Assembly (NCBI GenBank): GCA_951406725.2
Contig: OX597815.1
Location: 15,934,001 to 15,998,000 of the forward strand
From: Octopus vulgaris
Taxonomy: Eukaryota
Direction of reading: 5' to 3'
DNA: 64,000 nt
Positions within the stretch are counted from its first letter, which is position 1, and each line of letters begins with the position of its first letter. Shown here piece after piece: positions 1 through 11,830 of this stretch. The translations under genes were made by a program, and so were the position numbers. The notes under the pieces were generated by a model, which saw nothing but the letters and a program-made list of their open reading frames with translations, did no database searches and was not told where the DNA came from.

Positions 1-931
1 TCTCTAGTCAGCTGGTGCTGGGGTAATCTGACATGAGCTGAGAACTCAGGAAACAAATAAATGAACTGTTGATGAACAGAATTAGTGTAGACTAAAATCA
101 GATGAAGACTAACTGGAAGTAGTTGGGTATACTGTTCTTAATTAGATTCACTCATCTCTTGTTGACCAGTAACATAAAGATAATTAAATGCTCATTCAAC
201 AGGAACTTCTAGTTATGACTCAGATGTAGTATAGAGACAAGTTGTCTAAAAGATTAGGACATAAAATATATGGTTCCTAGTTTAAAGTCAGTCCAAAGTA
301 GTTAAAAAAGATTTAGTGTTTTTCATTAAGTGGGTCAAGTTACAAAAAGCAGTTTTCTCTTTGACTCAAGTTTTGCTGCTGGTTAACAGTTAAATTATAT
401 AGCTGCAGTTGCAAAATTTGCACTTTTGAGATATGTTTGGCACATATGAATGCAGGGTAAATTTAGAGTACAGTTGTAGAGTTGCTACGCTGCCAATGTT
501 TTAAAGGGAAAAATTTCCCTTTCCATTAAATTTAAAGAAATGTAGAACAAACCTCAAACAAGATGTGTGTAGCAGAATAGAAAACAGTAGCCAAGAGAAT
601 ACAAACACGACCAGCAATCAAAAAGATTAAGTGGAAGCTGAAGAGGATGGAAATGGTGATAATAATAACAATGATAGTGAAAATGATTGTTGATATGAGA
701 GCACTTGATATTTGTTTACATGTTAAATGCCCCACGCATGCATGTGTGTGTGTGTGTGTGTGTGTGTGCACGCACACAGGCATGCACACGTATGCATATG
801 TGTGTGTGTGTGAGGCATAGAAATGCATCCTTTTTTTTCTCTACAGACACCAACCCAAGATAAATATCAACCAAATCATTCTTACCAATCTCAAAGGACC
901 AGAAAATGTGATGGGCTCTGTCCCTCCTTCT

Positions 932-1063
932 GGAGGAGGAGGAGGAGGAGGAGGAGGGGTGGGGGAAGAGGGGGAGGATGTGGTGGTGGTGGAGGGGGGA
1001 TGGGGAGGAGGAGGAGGAGGTGGTGGTGGTGGTGGAGGAGGAGGTGGTAGTGGAGGAGGAGGA
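932..1063. repeat. (GGA)n/(GGT)n purine-rich low-complexity tract
   Basis: Direct inspection; produces the poly-Pro, poly-Ser and poly-Gly ORFs in the track. Confidence 0.9.
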
Positions 1064-1280
1064 TTGCAATGACATTGTTGATGTTGGTGGTGATTATAAT
1101 GATGTATTTTCCTGAACCAGTATGAAAATGTCATCGGAATTTTATGTATTTACTTGTTTATTTATACAGTTATCAGCTTAATTATTCCTCCTAGAAGTTT
1201 CTTTTTTATCAGTTATCATTGTTTGAATGAAAGCAGTTGAAGAAGTTGCTTTATTTAATTAATTTCAATTTGTTATTTTA

Positions 1281-1321
<41 letters not shown>

Positions 1322-1815
1322 GTTATCAAAGTCTCTGACATATCTTATTCAGCTCCAGACACCAGCAACAATGCAAGAAGGAAGTAAATCGACTGAGAAC
1401 CGAGGGTAATGAAGCAGCTAGCAACTGAGCGGCAAACATAGAAAATATTCAACAAGATATTCCAACTTCAAATTGGAAGAAAATGATATCAGATAATAAA
1501 CTTGATGTCACATTAAATTGTATGCAACTTGCATTTTTTCATTTCATTAGGATGAAAGAGATATACTCATTTCAAACTTAATGAATAGATTCCAATTACA
1601 TTTGTTATTAATGATATCTTGAATCTTATTGCTACTGCTATTATGGCTTTAATTTTTATTAAAACTTACCATTATTTTTTTAAAAATTTATATGTGATTA
1701 TTTCCTTTCTCTTTTACAAGACAATATGCCAAAGACTAGTGCTTCCAGAAGACGATTACAACTACTAGTTTGGCTACAATGCATTCCATACAAATTTTCT
1801 TTTATCTCTAATACA

Positions 1816-2084
1816 TCATCATCATCATCATCATCGTTTAACATCCGTTTTCCATGCTAGCATGGGTTGGACAGTTCAACTGGGGTCTGGGAAGCCAGGA
1901 GGCTGCGCCAGGCTCCAGTCTGATCTGGCAGTGTTTCTACAGCTGGATGCCCTTCCTAATGCCAACCACTCCAAGAGTGTAGTGGGGGCTTTTTATGCGC
2001 CACCTGCACAGGTGCCAGACGAGGCTGGCAAACGGCCACGATCAGATGGTGCTTTTTATGTGCCACTGGTACGGGGGCCAGACG
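1816..2084 (-). mobile_element. (GAT)n-tailed SINE / non-autonomous retroposon
   Basis: Repeated family ending ...ccaacccatgctagcatggaaa..ggacgttaaacgatgatgatg in sense; about 10 copies in the window. Confidence 0.85.
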
Positions 2085-2369
2085 GTGATTATTTCCTTTC
2101 TCTTTTACAAGACAATATGCCAAAGACTAGTGCTTCCAGAAGACAATTACAACTACTAGTTTGGTTACAATGCATTCCATACAAATTTTCTTTTATCTCT
2201 AATACACCATTTTAATATTCACATTGCTTTTGATAATTGCAATTTTATTATTATTTATCATGTGTTTTATGCAAGGGTCTATTCCACTATCAGGTGCACC
2301 ATTACATTTCAGAGGTGTGTATAGTATTATTTTTGGGGGTAAAAGTTATATTTTGTTCAAAAACATTAA

Positions 2370-2589
2370 CCCTTTCCTTACTGTATTTATTTTGAGATGC
2401 TCTGTGTTTCTTTCAATTACTTTAAATATAACAAAGAATTTAGTAAAATAACTTAGTTTTCATTAAGCTATTGTTAGGAATATAAATTGTGACTAAAGTT
2501 TGGTGGAAGATTTTAATTCAAAACTTATGAAAACATGACTTTTGTACTCAGAGCCAGAGCTAGTTTCAGCCAGGTTGCTCTCAAAAGGG
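2370..2589. mobile_element. TTAA-flanked piggyBac-type MITE (~220 bp)
   Basis: TTAA|CCCTTTC...AAAGGG|TTAA; same family as 2621-2841 and 23709-23929. Confidence 0.85.
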
Positions 2590-2620
2590 TTAAGAATTGT
2601 TTCTCTATTATATATTTTAA

Positions 2621-2841
2621 CCCTTTGATTACTGTATTTATTTTGAGATGCTCTGTGTTTCTTTCAATTATTTTAAATATAACAAAGAATTTAGTAAAAT
2701 AACTTAGTTATCATTCAGCTAGTGTTAGGAACATAAATTGTGACTAAGGTTTGGTGGAAGATTTGAATTCAAAACTTATGAAAACAAGACATTTATACTA
2801 AAGAGCCAGAGCCAGTTTCAGCCGGGTTGGTAACGAAAGGG
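2621..2841. mobile_element. TTAA-flanked piggyBac-type MITE
   Basis: TTAA|CCCTTTGATTAC...GTAACGAAAGGG|TTAA; very similar to the adjacent copy. Confidence 0.88.
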
Positions 2842-3574
2842 TTAAGGTTCTATTCCACTATTAGGTGCACCATTATATTTCAGAGGTGTGTATAGTATTA
2901 TCTTTTTTGGGTGGGGATGTTATATTTTGTTTAAAAGCATTATCAGTTTTTTACTTTTTTTTGTGAGATTTATTTTGATATTTCTGATGTTATTGTAATG
3001 TCTTGTCTGTTGTGTGGAGCATGTACAATGTGAGTCATTTATTATATTGGTTGGTATTTGTGTTTTGTATGTACTGTACGACTAATGTTGTGTGCTTTAG
3101 TTTCAGATTGAATTTGAGCAGAGTATGACAGAGTGTGAGTTATGTTACATTCTTGAGCGATAGCTTTATTGAATGTATGCTGTACAAATTGTTGGTAATA
3201 TTGAAGTAGATGGTGTTGGTGGGTGTTACAGTGTCAGCTGTTTGAATTGTCAGTATTACAATGGCCTCTTTGTGTAAGAGTATCATTGTCATTATTATTT
3301 TACATTCTTTCTGGACTGGCATGTGTCCGGACAGTTTTACAGCAACAATGTTTTATACTGAATACATTCCTGATGTGAACCATTTTAGTCACTTCTTATG
3401 ACATGAAGTGATGTGGTGTATCTATTCTAAAATTGGGATACACACAGTGCTGATTACTTAAGGATGTGAGATGCATTATTAAAGTAATGTAGTGATACTG
3501 TGGTGAATGTTTAGAGAAATCTGTTGTGCATGGTTGTATGAAATGTGTTATTTTTTTGTTTTTTGGTCATGATT

Positions 3575-3910
3575 CATCATCATCATTGTTTAACGTTCGT
3601 TTTCCATGCTAGCATGGGTTGGACAGTTCAACTGGGGTCTGGGAAGCCAGAAGGCTGCACCAGGCTCCAATCTGATCTGGCAGTGTTTCTACAGCTGGAT
3701 GCCCTTCCTAATGCCAACCACTCCGTGAGTGTAGTGGGTGCTTTTTACGTGCCAGACGAGACTGGCAACGGCCACGATTGAATGGTGCTTTTTACGTGCC
3801 ACCGGCACGGAGGCCAGTCGGTGCAGCGCTGGCAACGGCCAAGTTCTGGTGGTTCTCTTACGTGCCACCGGCACTGGTATCACAACTACAATTTCCATTG
3901 ATTTTGATAT
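3575..3910 (-). mobile_element. (GAT)n-tailed SINE
   Basis: High similarity to 1816-2084. Confidence 0.85.
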
Positions 3911-4019
3911 AAATCTGTTGTGCATGATTGCATGAATTGTGTTATTTTTTAATGTTTTTTTGGTGGTGATTGTAGAGAGTTTATGTTCTGTAAAGTGTGC
4001 ATACTGCTTGAATTATGCA

Positions 4020-4840
4020 ATTGAATTGAAAGCATCTAGTGTAGTATGGAGGCTGAGCCAACATTTTAACTGTGTGTAAAATTATGTGCTCTGGAAAGAT
4101 TTTTTAATGTTTTTATTCATTCATATTTCTTTTTATATCTAGTGCTCCATCTATTATTGATACTATTTTCACTTTAAGACCCATATCCTTCTTATTTAAG
4201 CTTCAAGATATTTGTATTTGAGCATGATCGTTGCCAGAGTGGCTATCTGGCCTCCGTGCCAGTGGCACGTAAAAGACATCATTCAAACGGGATCATTACC
4301 AGCATCGCTTTACTGACACCTGTGCCAGTGGCATGTGTAAAAGATTCGAGCGAGATTGTTGCCCATACTGCCTGACTGGCTCTGTGCTGGTGGCACGTAA
4401 AAGCACCCACTACACTCTCGGAGTGGTTGGCGTTAGGAAGGGCATCCAGCTGTAGAAACTCTGCCAGATCAAGATTGAAGCCTGGTGCTGCCATCTGGTT
4501 CGCCAGCCCTCAGTCAAATCGTCCAACCCCTGCTAGCATGGAAAGCGGACGTTAAATGATGATGATGATGATAGTTTCTCCACCTCTTCTGAAGTGATAT
4601 TTTAGTCAGAAAGTGTGGAGATTTGCATTAGGTTGTAGAGATGTTTGTCCCTGTCCTTAATAATTATATCTGGTTGATTTGCTTTGACCACCTTGTCAGT
4701 TTGGATAGGCGTGTCCCAGATGACTGACCAGGTCATTGTCATATACTGTTTGGTACATGCTTATGCTATTTTATACCAAGTAGAAGTTGGCCTGTTGTCC
4801 ATTGAATATAGCTGATAACTTTGCCCAACTGTTTAGAGGT
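4020..4840 (-). mobile_element. R4/Dong-like non-LTR retrotransposon 3' relic (restriction-like endonuclease domain), split by a SINE
   Basis: Minus strand reads VIWDTPIQTDKVVKANQPDIIIKD...EEVEKL, then after the SINE KYKYLEA*IRRIW...IIDGAL, matching the PD-type RLE motif pattern. Confidence 0.75.
4221..4571 (+). mobile_element. (GAT)n-tailed SINE nested in the R4/Dong relic
   Basis: Same family, with tail gatgatgatgatg at the right end. Confidence 0.85.
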
Positions 4841-6340
4841 AGATGTAAGTAGTGGCAGTGCATTTAGTGCTTACCTCAAGGGCTATCACAGCTCCTATCA
4901 AAAATAAGTGTTGTAAAAGAAAAAAACAATAGCTGTAGCTAAGAAAAGGCCAGCAATGTACAATTGTGGGAGAAGCAAATCAGTGGGTTTGGATGGGTAA
5001 CCCTACAGATTTTATGGATACATGCCAGACTTACATGTCCTTCTCTTGGTATCACAACTGATAACAAAAGTGATTATACTGCTGAGGAAGGACATGAACA
5101 AGGGGTCATAATCAATAGTTTACAGTCCATGAGTCTGCTAAATGTGGAGTTAAAGATTTTGGTCCAAAGCCAATCTCTTTACAAGGTGTTCGTTCTTGGT
5201 AGCATGTAGTACATATGTATGATTTCTTGTAGGTCAATTCCTGATTATCTGCACACTATAAGAAGGGTGGGTAATGAACCTGACTTTGATGAGAATTTGA
5301 TCTAATTAAATCAGTTCATAACCTTCATTATGATCAACTATCAGTACTTGATAGCTATCCCCTGTGCAACTAGTTTTAGTCCCATTTTCAGAGGCTGGAT
5401 TACTTCAATGTACAGTGTAACTTACTCAACAGTCAAGCTAAATGGTCGCTAATTAGAACCATTTCAAATCACATACTTGGTCATCAAGGGTGTCCACTCT
5501 CATAGTTCTTGTGCATTTTCATTCTCAAGCCATTCCTACAGAAGTTAGAAGTGTGGAAGGATGTCTAATGTTGGAATACACAAACTATGCCATTATTATG
5601 GTGTCATACATATGATGCGAGGAGAACTTTTTTGGATGCAATCTAGAATATCTTACATGTGTAGCAGCAACATTGTTCTAAATGTAGGAGTAGTATTCCA
5701 TTGTAGATCTCGCCTGAACTTCATAATGGGTTAGTAGTTGTTGGGGGCTAAAGTATTTCAGTCTTTAAAAAGTAAAACCAGCCTTTGTGGTGCAGTGTTT
5801 GCTATGCTGGGAATATGTTTTTGCTAAGAGAGATCCTCATCATGAATCTGTTCTCTTCTGACACCTCTCATACTTTAAACCTTCATTTAGCATAAAGCTA
5901 CCTCCATACAGTAGCCCCAATCAATTGACATAAGGAAGGTTGGCATGGTTGGCATTAGAAAGGACATTCAGCCACGGAAACCATGCCAGATCAGACACTG
6001 AAGCGTGATACTGTCTTGAACCTACTGAATCCAGTCAAAGCATTCATCCTGTGTTAATGTGGAACATGAATGTTAAATAATGATGATGATGATGGTTTTC
6101 TTCTATGCTGGCATAGGCTGGTAGTTTTACAGCCAAATGTCTTTCTTGTTTCCTACTCATAAATTGCTTTTTATAATATTTGAACTGAATATTGCTATAT
6201 TCACACATGACATTATTGTCATTTTTTTGTTCAGCTTTCAAATCCTTTTTGTCACTGTATTGTTTAAGATGCATTATTGTGCAACAACAATTAGGGTTTA
6301 GCATGTTGAGTTTGTTTAAGAAGATGAAGATTGCTTACAA

Positions 6341-6621
6341 TCATCATCATCATCATTGTTTAACGTCTGCTTTCCATGCTAGCATGAGTTGGATGATTTG
6401 ACCGAGGGCTGGTGAACCAGATGGCTGCACCAGGCTCCAATCTTGATTTGGCAGAGTTTCTACAGCTGGATGCCCTTCCTAACGCCAACCACTCCAAGAG
6501 TGTAGTGGGTGCTTTTATGTGCCACCAGCACGGGGGCCAGTCAGGCTGTACTGGCAATGATCTCGCTCAAATGATTTTACATGTGCCACCGGCACAGGTG
6601 CCAGTAAGGCGATGCTGGTAA
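6341..6621 (-). mobile_element. (GAT)n-tailed SINE
   Basis: Same family; a degenerate opposite-strand copy lies at ~5945-6093. Confidence 0.85.
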
Positions 6622-7319
6622 TAAATAGAATTTATTTAGTAAGAGGATACAAATACAGCTTTTCACACAAAGTAAGAAATCAGATATTCACATGTTGTGG
6701 GTCCTTTGGATAACAAGTAAAAACAAGTCATGAGACAAAATTGTAAGAGTATCAGAAACACATGTGCAGTGTCATCTGTGAGGCTTAGTAAAAAAAAAAG
6801 ACATATTCAGTTCATGACCTGGACTTACTGTTATAAATTCATAGCAGGTGTCAACGAAGTTGAAACATGACAGTTAAGTGTCTCGTAGGCTGTGACAATA
6901 AAGTGAACAAATCACCATGATAAAGGAGGGAAACGACAGTTGTCTGAAATCTATTAGGCAGGCGTCCTTATAACAACAGTAATAAGAAGACAGCTTGGCA
7001 AACCGCATGTGGTCTGTGGCCTTAGGCAGAAGAAAGATGTTCATGCTCCTTGGTCTCGAAATGGTGAGAGAGAAAGACTGCCCCAAAACACCAGAATATA
7101 TAGGTGTCAGCTGCAATGCCACCTGGTGGCGTTTACCAGCAAAGGGATGCATTTCAGCTATCCTGCAAGGGTTTTTCATTTGTTCATTAATCTTCCACTT
7201 TCAATCAAAGTCTTTCCTCCTCAAACATTATATGCCATTTAACAATTGCTTTCCAACTGTTTTCCAGTTTCTTCTTTTCTTGAAATCGTTTACAATTTCT
7301 ATATATTACCTTTTAAACC

Positions 7320-7547
7320 TTTACCTGTTTCAGTTATTAAACTGCAGCCATGCTGGGGCACCACCTTGAAGAACTCTTAGCTGAAGGAATCAACCCCAGT
7401 ACTTACGTTTTCAAGGCCTCGTACTTATTCTATTGATATCTTGCCAAACCGCTAAGTTACAGGGACGTAAACACACCAACACCGGTTGTCAAGTGGTGAT
7501 AGGAGACAAACACAGATACAAAGACACATACATATATATGCACACAG

Positions 7548-7578
<31 letters not shown>

Positions 7579-8128
7579 CACATACGAAGAGACCTCCTTC
7601 AGTCATGAATGACCATGGGATTGCACCTAGAAAGTTACCCTCTGATGTACAAGTCCAGACAAGGTAGTTTTATGGAAGGCCAGCAGTCGCCCATGCATGG
7701 TAAGCTGGCAGAATCGTTAGCACGCTGGGCGAAATGCTTAGCAGTATTTCGTCTGCCGCTACGTTCTGAGTTCAAATTCCGCTGAGGTCGACTTTGCCTT
7801 TCATCCTTTCGGGGTCATTTAAATAAGTACCAGTTATGCACTGGGGTTGATATAATCAACTTAATCCATTTGTCTGTCCTTGTTTGTCCCTTCTGTGCTT
7901 AGCCCCTTGTGGGTAGTAAAGAAATAGATGTTATCCAAGGGAAAGGCAAAGGCCAATACAGCTTAGCACCAGTGATGTCACAACTCATTTCTACAGCTGA
8001 GTTATCTGGAGCAATGTGAAATAAAGTGTCTTGCTCAACAACACAACATGCAGCACGGTCTGGGAATCAAACTCACAGCCTCACGATCGTAACCTCGATG
8101 CTCTAACTACTGAGCCATGCTCCTTCAC
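7320..8128. mobile_element. Cluster of nested tRNA-derived SINEs
   Basis: Plus-strand SINE 7698-7927 with A box TGGCAGAATCG and B box GAGTTCAAATTCC sits inside a minus-strand SINE (~7590-8128), next to another minus-strand SINE body (7320-7520). A copy of the 7698 family lies on the minus strand at ~29005-29200. Confidence 0.8.
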
Positions 8129-8149
8129 ATATATATATATATCTTTGAT

Positions 8150-8450
8150 TTAATTCCAAACAAAAACAAACTGTTAGCAACTACAGTTGTTTCCATGTCC
8201 AATTCAACTTGAGAAATTAAATCAAATTAAAGTTTCCTATTGAATATAGCTAAGTGGACATTTCATCAGGGGTAGAATTTGATAGCAAGGAGCTTACATT
8301 ACAATGTGTTGGTAGATATTTTCTATCAAATTCTTCCCTTAATGAAATTAGCTATATTCAATGGGAAACTTTAATTTAATTTCTCAAATTGAATTAATTG
8401 GGCATGGAAACAATTGTAGGTGCTAAGAGTTTGTTTTTGTTTGGAATTAA
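8150..8450. repeat. ~300-bp fold-back (palindromic MITE-like) element
   Basis: Arms ttaattccaaacaaaaacaaact... and ...agtttgtttttgtttggaattaa are imperfect reverse complements over most of the length. Confidence 0.85.
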
Positions 8451-8513
8451 TTATGTTCTAAAAATTGATGTCTGTATCTTAATTCCTCTATTTTCTTTTT
8501 CTCATACTTAAAC

Positions 8514-8515
<2 letters not shown>

Positions 8516-8582
<67 letters not shown>

Positions 8583-8625
8583 TATATACATATATATATG
8601 TACATACTTATATATGTATATACAT
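8516..8625. repeat. (TA)n microsatellite
   Basis: About 30 TA units followed by a degenerate TA/CA tail. Confidence 0.95.
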
Positions 8626-8929
8626 ATTCATATATGGGCACAGGACATTACAGAACATAAACAACAGGAAATACGAAAACATGGAATACGAACATTTTTT
8701 TGCAAACAACAAAAGAAACAAATGGAAAAGAAGACAAGCAACATACAGAACGACCCTTGTTGTTCGCTGTCTTTCTACTTCACATTTCAAGCAATTCATG
8801 ACAAGATACACCCTCAACAAAACAGTTGCTCCCGCGAAGTAAATTAAATAAAATTTTGGACTTTGCAGAGGGTCAAAGTTGGTAACAAAAACAGGACAGT
8901 GAAAATAAACAGGAAAGGCTACATATATA

Positions 8930-10170
8930 TATTGGGTCATCACATAAATAATGCGGTTTTTTTCAGTTGCATAAACTAAAAGTCAGAGGGGGATGGGATA
9001 AACTACCTGCATGAACTTGTAATAAAAGCAGGTAGTAATTTTACCTTGTACTTATTCTTAGTTCAAGTTTTGAAGAGTGCAATTTGACTTTAACAGTTAT
9101 TTTTCAAAGCTAAAATGGAAGTGACAAAGAAGCATATTCGGCATATTTTGCTTTATGAGTTCAATAAAGGCAACAACCCAATGGAAAATGCAAGGAATAT
9201 TAATGCAGTATATGGGAATCTGACAATAAGTGCAAGTTAGTGTCAATAGTGGTTCCAGAAATTCTGAGTCAGAAACTACAGCCAAGTAAATGAGCCTCAT
9301 CCGGGAAGATCTGTAGAGCTCGACAAGGACACCTGCAAACCCTGTTGGAACAAAATCCCATTGTAACTGTTGGGGAACTAGCAGAGAAGGTTGATGATTC
9401 AACCATTCATCGACACCATTGACACCTGTGTACCATTGGAAAAGTCAGTAAATAGGGTCACTTGGTTCCTCACAAACTTCTCAAGTCTAATCACACACAG
9501 AGAGTAAATGTGTGCTCTTCTTTGCTGTCACATCTCACGAAGGAACCATTTTTGGACTGAATAGTGACTGGTGATGAGAAATGTGTTCTCTATAAAAATG
9601 TGAAGCACTGAAGACAGTGGGTAGGGAAAGGAGAAACACTGGCACCCCAGGCTAAAGACGATTTTCACCCACATAAGGTAATGGTATCTGTTTGATAGGA
9701 TATGAAAGGTTTAGTCCAATTTGAACTTTTAAACCCAGACCAAACGATAACAAAGAAGATCTACAGCCAGCAGCTTAAGTCATTGCTAGAAGAAAAACAA
9801 CCACCTTTGGTTTCAAGATGAAAGGGATTCTTCCATCAGGATAATGCTTGGACACATACAACAAGGATGACATTCCAATGGGTGGAACAGTTTGAATGGA
9901 AAACGATGCCCCACCTACCATGTTCACCAGACATTGCCCATCTGATTATCATTTATTCCGCAGTCTTCAAAATCATTTGGACGGAAAAAAACATGAATTC
10001 TGTAGATGAGGTTAGAAGAGTACTGGAGGAGTATTTTTCATCACAGACAAATGAATTTTGGAAGAGGGGCCTTGCAAGTCTACCAGATAGAGAGAAGAGT
10101 ATTGTAGAAAATGAAGGAGAGTATATTTTAGATTAAAAAAGAACTTTGTTTATCTTGATTTTGAATAAAC
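8930..10170 (+). mobile_element. Degenerate mariner (DD34D-type) DNA transposon; right TIR not found
   Basis: Left TIR-like TATTGGGTCATCACATAAATAATGCGGTTTT after a TA run; flanks a decayed transposase. Confidence 0.88.
9115..10136 (+). pseudogene. Mariner transposase pseudogene with stops and frameshifts
   Basis: MEVTKKHIRHILLYEFNKG..., LVPHKL (WVPHEL), IVTGDEK, HQDNA, CSPDIA..DYHLFRSL (YSPDLAPSDY), ENEGEYILD*. Confidence 0.92.
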
Positions 10171-10910
10171 CACTAAGCCACGTGCCTTCACACACATGCA
10201 TATATAACAGGCTTCTTTCAGTTTCTACAAACCATATCCATTCACAAGGCTTTGGTCAGCCCAAGGTCATATGGTTGGGAAGCAAGCTTCTTACCACACG
10301 GCCAACCTGTGCCTTTAATTTTCCTGAAAACACTCAACATTCTCTCTATTTTTCTCCTACAACATATCTCTTTAGTTCTTGAGTGCTTTCATTTGCTAGT
10401 CAGAAAGGAGAAGAGATAGTACCCATGAATTTTCAGGCTATACTCCATGATTGATTGAGACTGATAGGATTTATGCATAACTCAGCTGCAAAGATGTAGA
10501 TAAAGAGAAAACTTTAGAGGAGTTTTTCTGAGTACTAAAGAGAGAGAACTGGCTAAAATTCTTTGATGTAAGATCTAACAGTTGGGACGCAATAGATGTG
10601 ATAAGAGGAGAGAGTGTTTGTATCATGAATGTATGAATAGAGGAATATCTACAATTAGGTAGACACATATGTCTGTTGAACTGAGTAGTCTGCCACTTCC
10701 TTCTTTCATTAGAGTACACACACTTAACCAACAGTTTCAATGATATAACCTACTTTTTATTGTTAATAGCTGTGACAAGTCTGTTTCATATCAACTGAAA
10801 AGGAATCTCAATCATGTTGAAGTATTGTTGTTGTTATTAATGTCATCATCATCATTACGGAACTGTTTCCTTTTGGTTGCTAATGTTCTAAGGAAACAAC
10901 CTCTTACGTT

Positions 10911-11160
10911 CATCATCATCATCATCATCATTATCGTGTAACGTCCGTTTTTCATGCTAGCATGGGTTGGACGGCTCGACAGGGCTCTGGGAAGCCAGGA
11001 GGCCGCACCGGGCTCCAGTCTGATCCGGCAGTGTTTCTACAGCTGGGTGCCCTTCCTAATGCCAACCACTCCGTGAATGTAGTGGGTGCTTTTTATGTGC
11101 CAGGGGAGGCTGGCAACAGCCACGATTGGTTGGTGCTTTTTATGTGCCACCAGCACAGAG
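10911..11160 (-). mobile_element. (GAT)n-tailed SINE
   Basis: Same family. Confidence 0.85.
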
Positions 11161-11374
11161 ACAAAATGCAAGACTGAACCTTCCTCCCCCAAAAAACATA
11201 AAGTAATAGTTATTGTAGCCAGTGTTTATATAATGGTGAAGTCCTAGAAACCAAATTTCAACATGTAGACTGACTACAGCCCATTTTCATGAATGAGATT
11301 CAGATTCAGATACCTTAACAAATACCTTCATTTTGATCATGTCACTCATCATCCATTCCAAACTTCTGCAAATA

Positions 11375-11548
11375 GAGGTGCAAGAGTGGCTGTATGGTAA
11401 GAAGATTGTTTCCCAATGAAATGGTTCTGGGTTCAGTCCCACTGTATGTCACTTTGAGCAATTGTCTTCTACTATAGCATGAATGAAAGCCTTGAAAGTG
11501 GATATGATTGATGGAAACTGAAAGAAGCCTGTCATGTGTGTGCATGTG

Positions 11549-11585
<37 letters not shown>

Positions 11586-11830
11586 GTATGTGTGTGCTTA
11601 TGTGTGCACGTGTATGTGTGTGTTTGTCCCCCACCACTGCTTGACAACTGGTGTAGGTGTGCTTAAGTCCCATAACTTTGCAGTTTGGCAAAAGAGACCA
11701 ATAGAATAAGTACCAGGCTTTAAAAAAATTACTACTTGGAGTCTATTCATTCAACTAAAATTCTTCAAGATGTACTCCAGCACTGCCACAGTCTAATGAC
11801 TGAAACAAGAAAAAGATAAAAGGTAAAAGA
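11375..11830 (+). mobile_element. tRNA-derived SINE with internal (TG)n
   Basis: Head tggctgtatggtaagaag...gggttcagtcccactg, 3' end aatgactgaaacaag; same family as 51920-52270. Confidence 0.8.

Noticed and set aside
716-1134. Poly-Pro, poly-Ser and poly-Arg ORFs on both strands
   Set aside because: Translations of the (GGA)/(GGT) tract and (TG)n; no independent coding evidence.
1862-2215. Recurrent ORF family [12 protein letters not shown]...LQLDALPNANHS (also 3545, 4279, 6412, 10962, 55973)
   Set aside because: Chance frames of the repeated SINE; starts and stops are inconsistent between copies.
5200-5930. Possible ancient non-LTR RT relic on the minus strand
   Set aside because: Motif traces are too decayed to support a call by eye.
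6874-7369. 100-124 aa ORFs on both strands
   Set aside because: No recognisable domain or convincing splice structure.
7698-7790. tRNA-like A and B boxes
   Set aside because: SINE head without a complete cloverleaf; not a tRNA gene.
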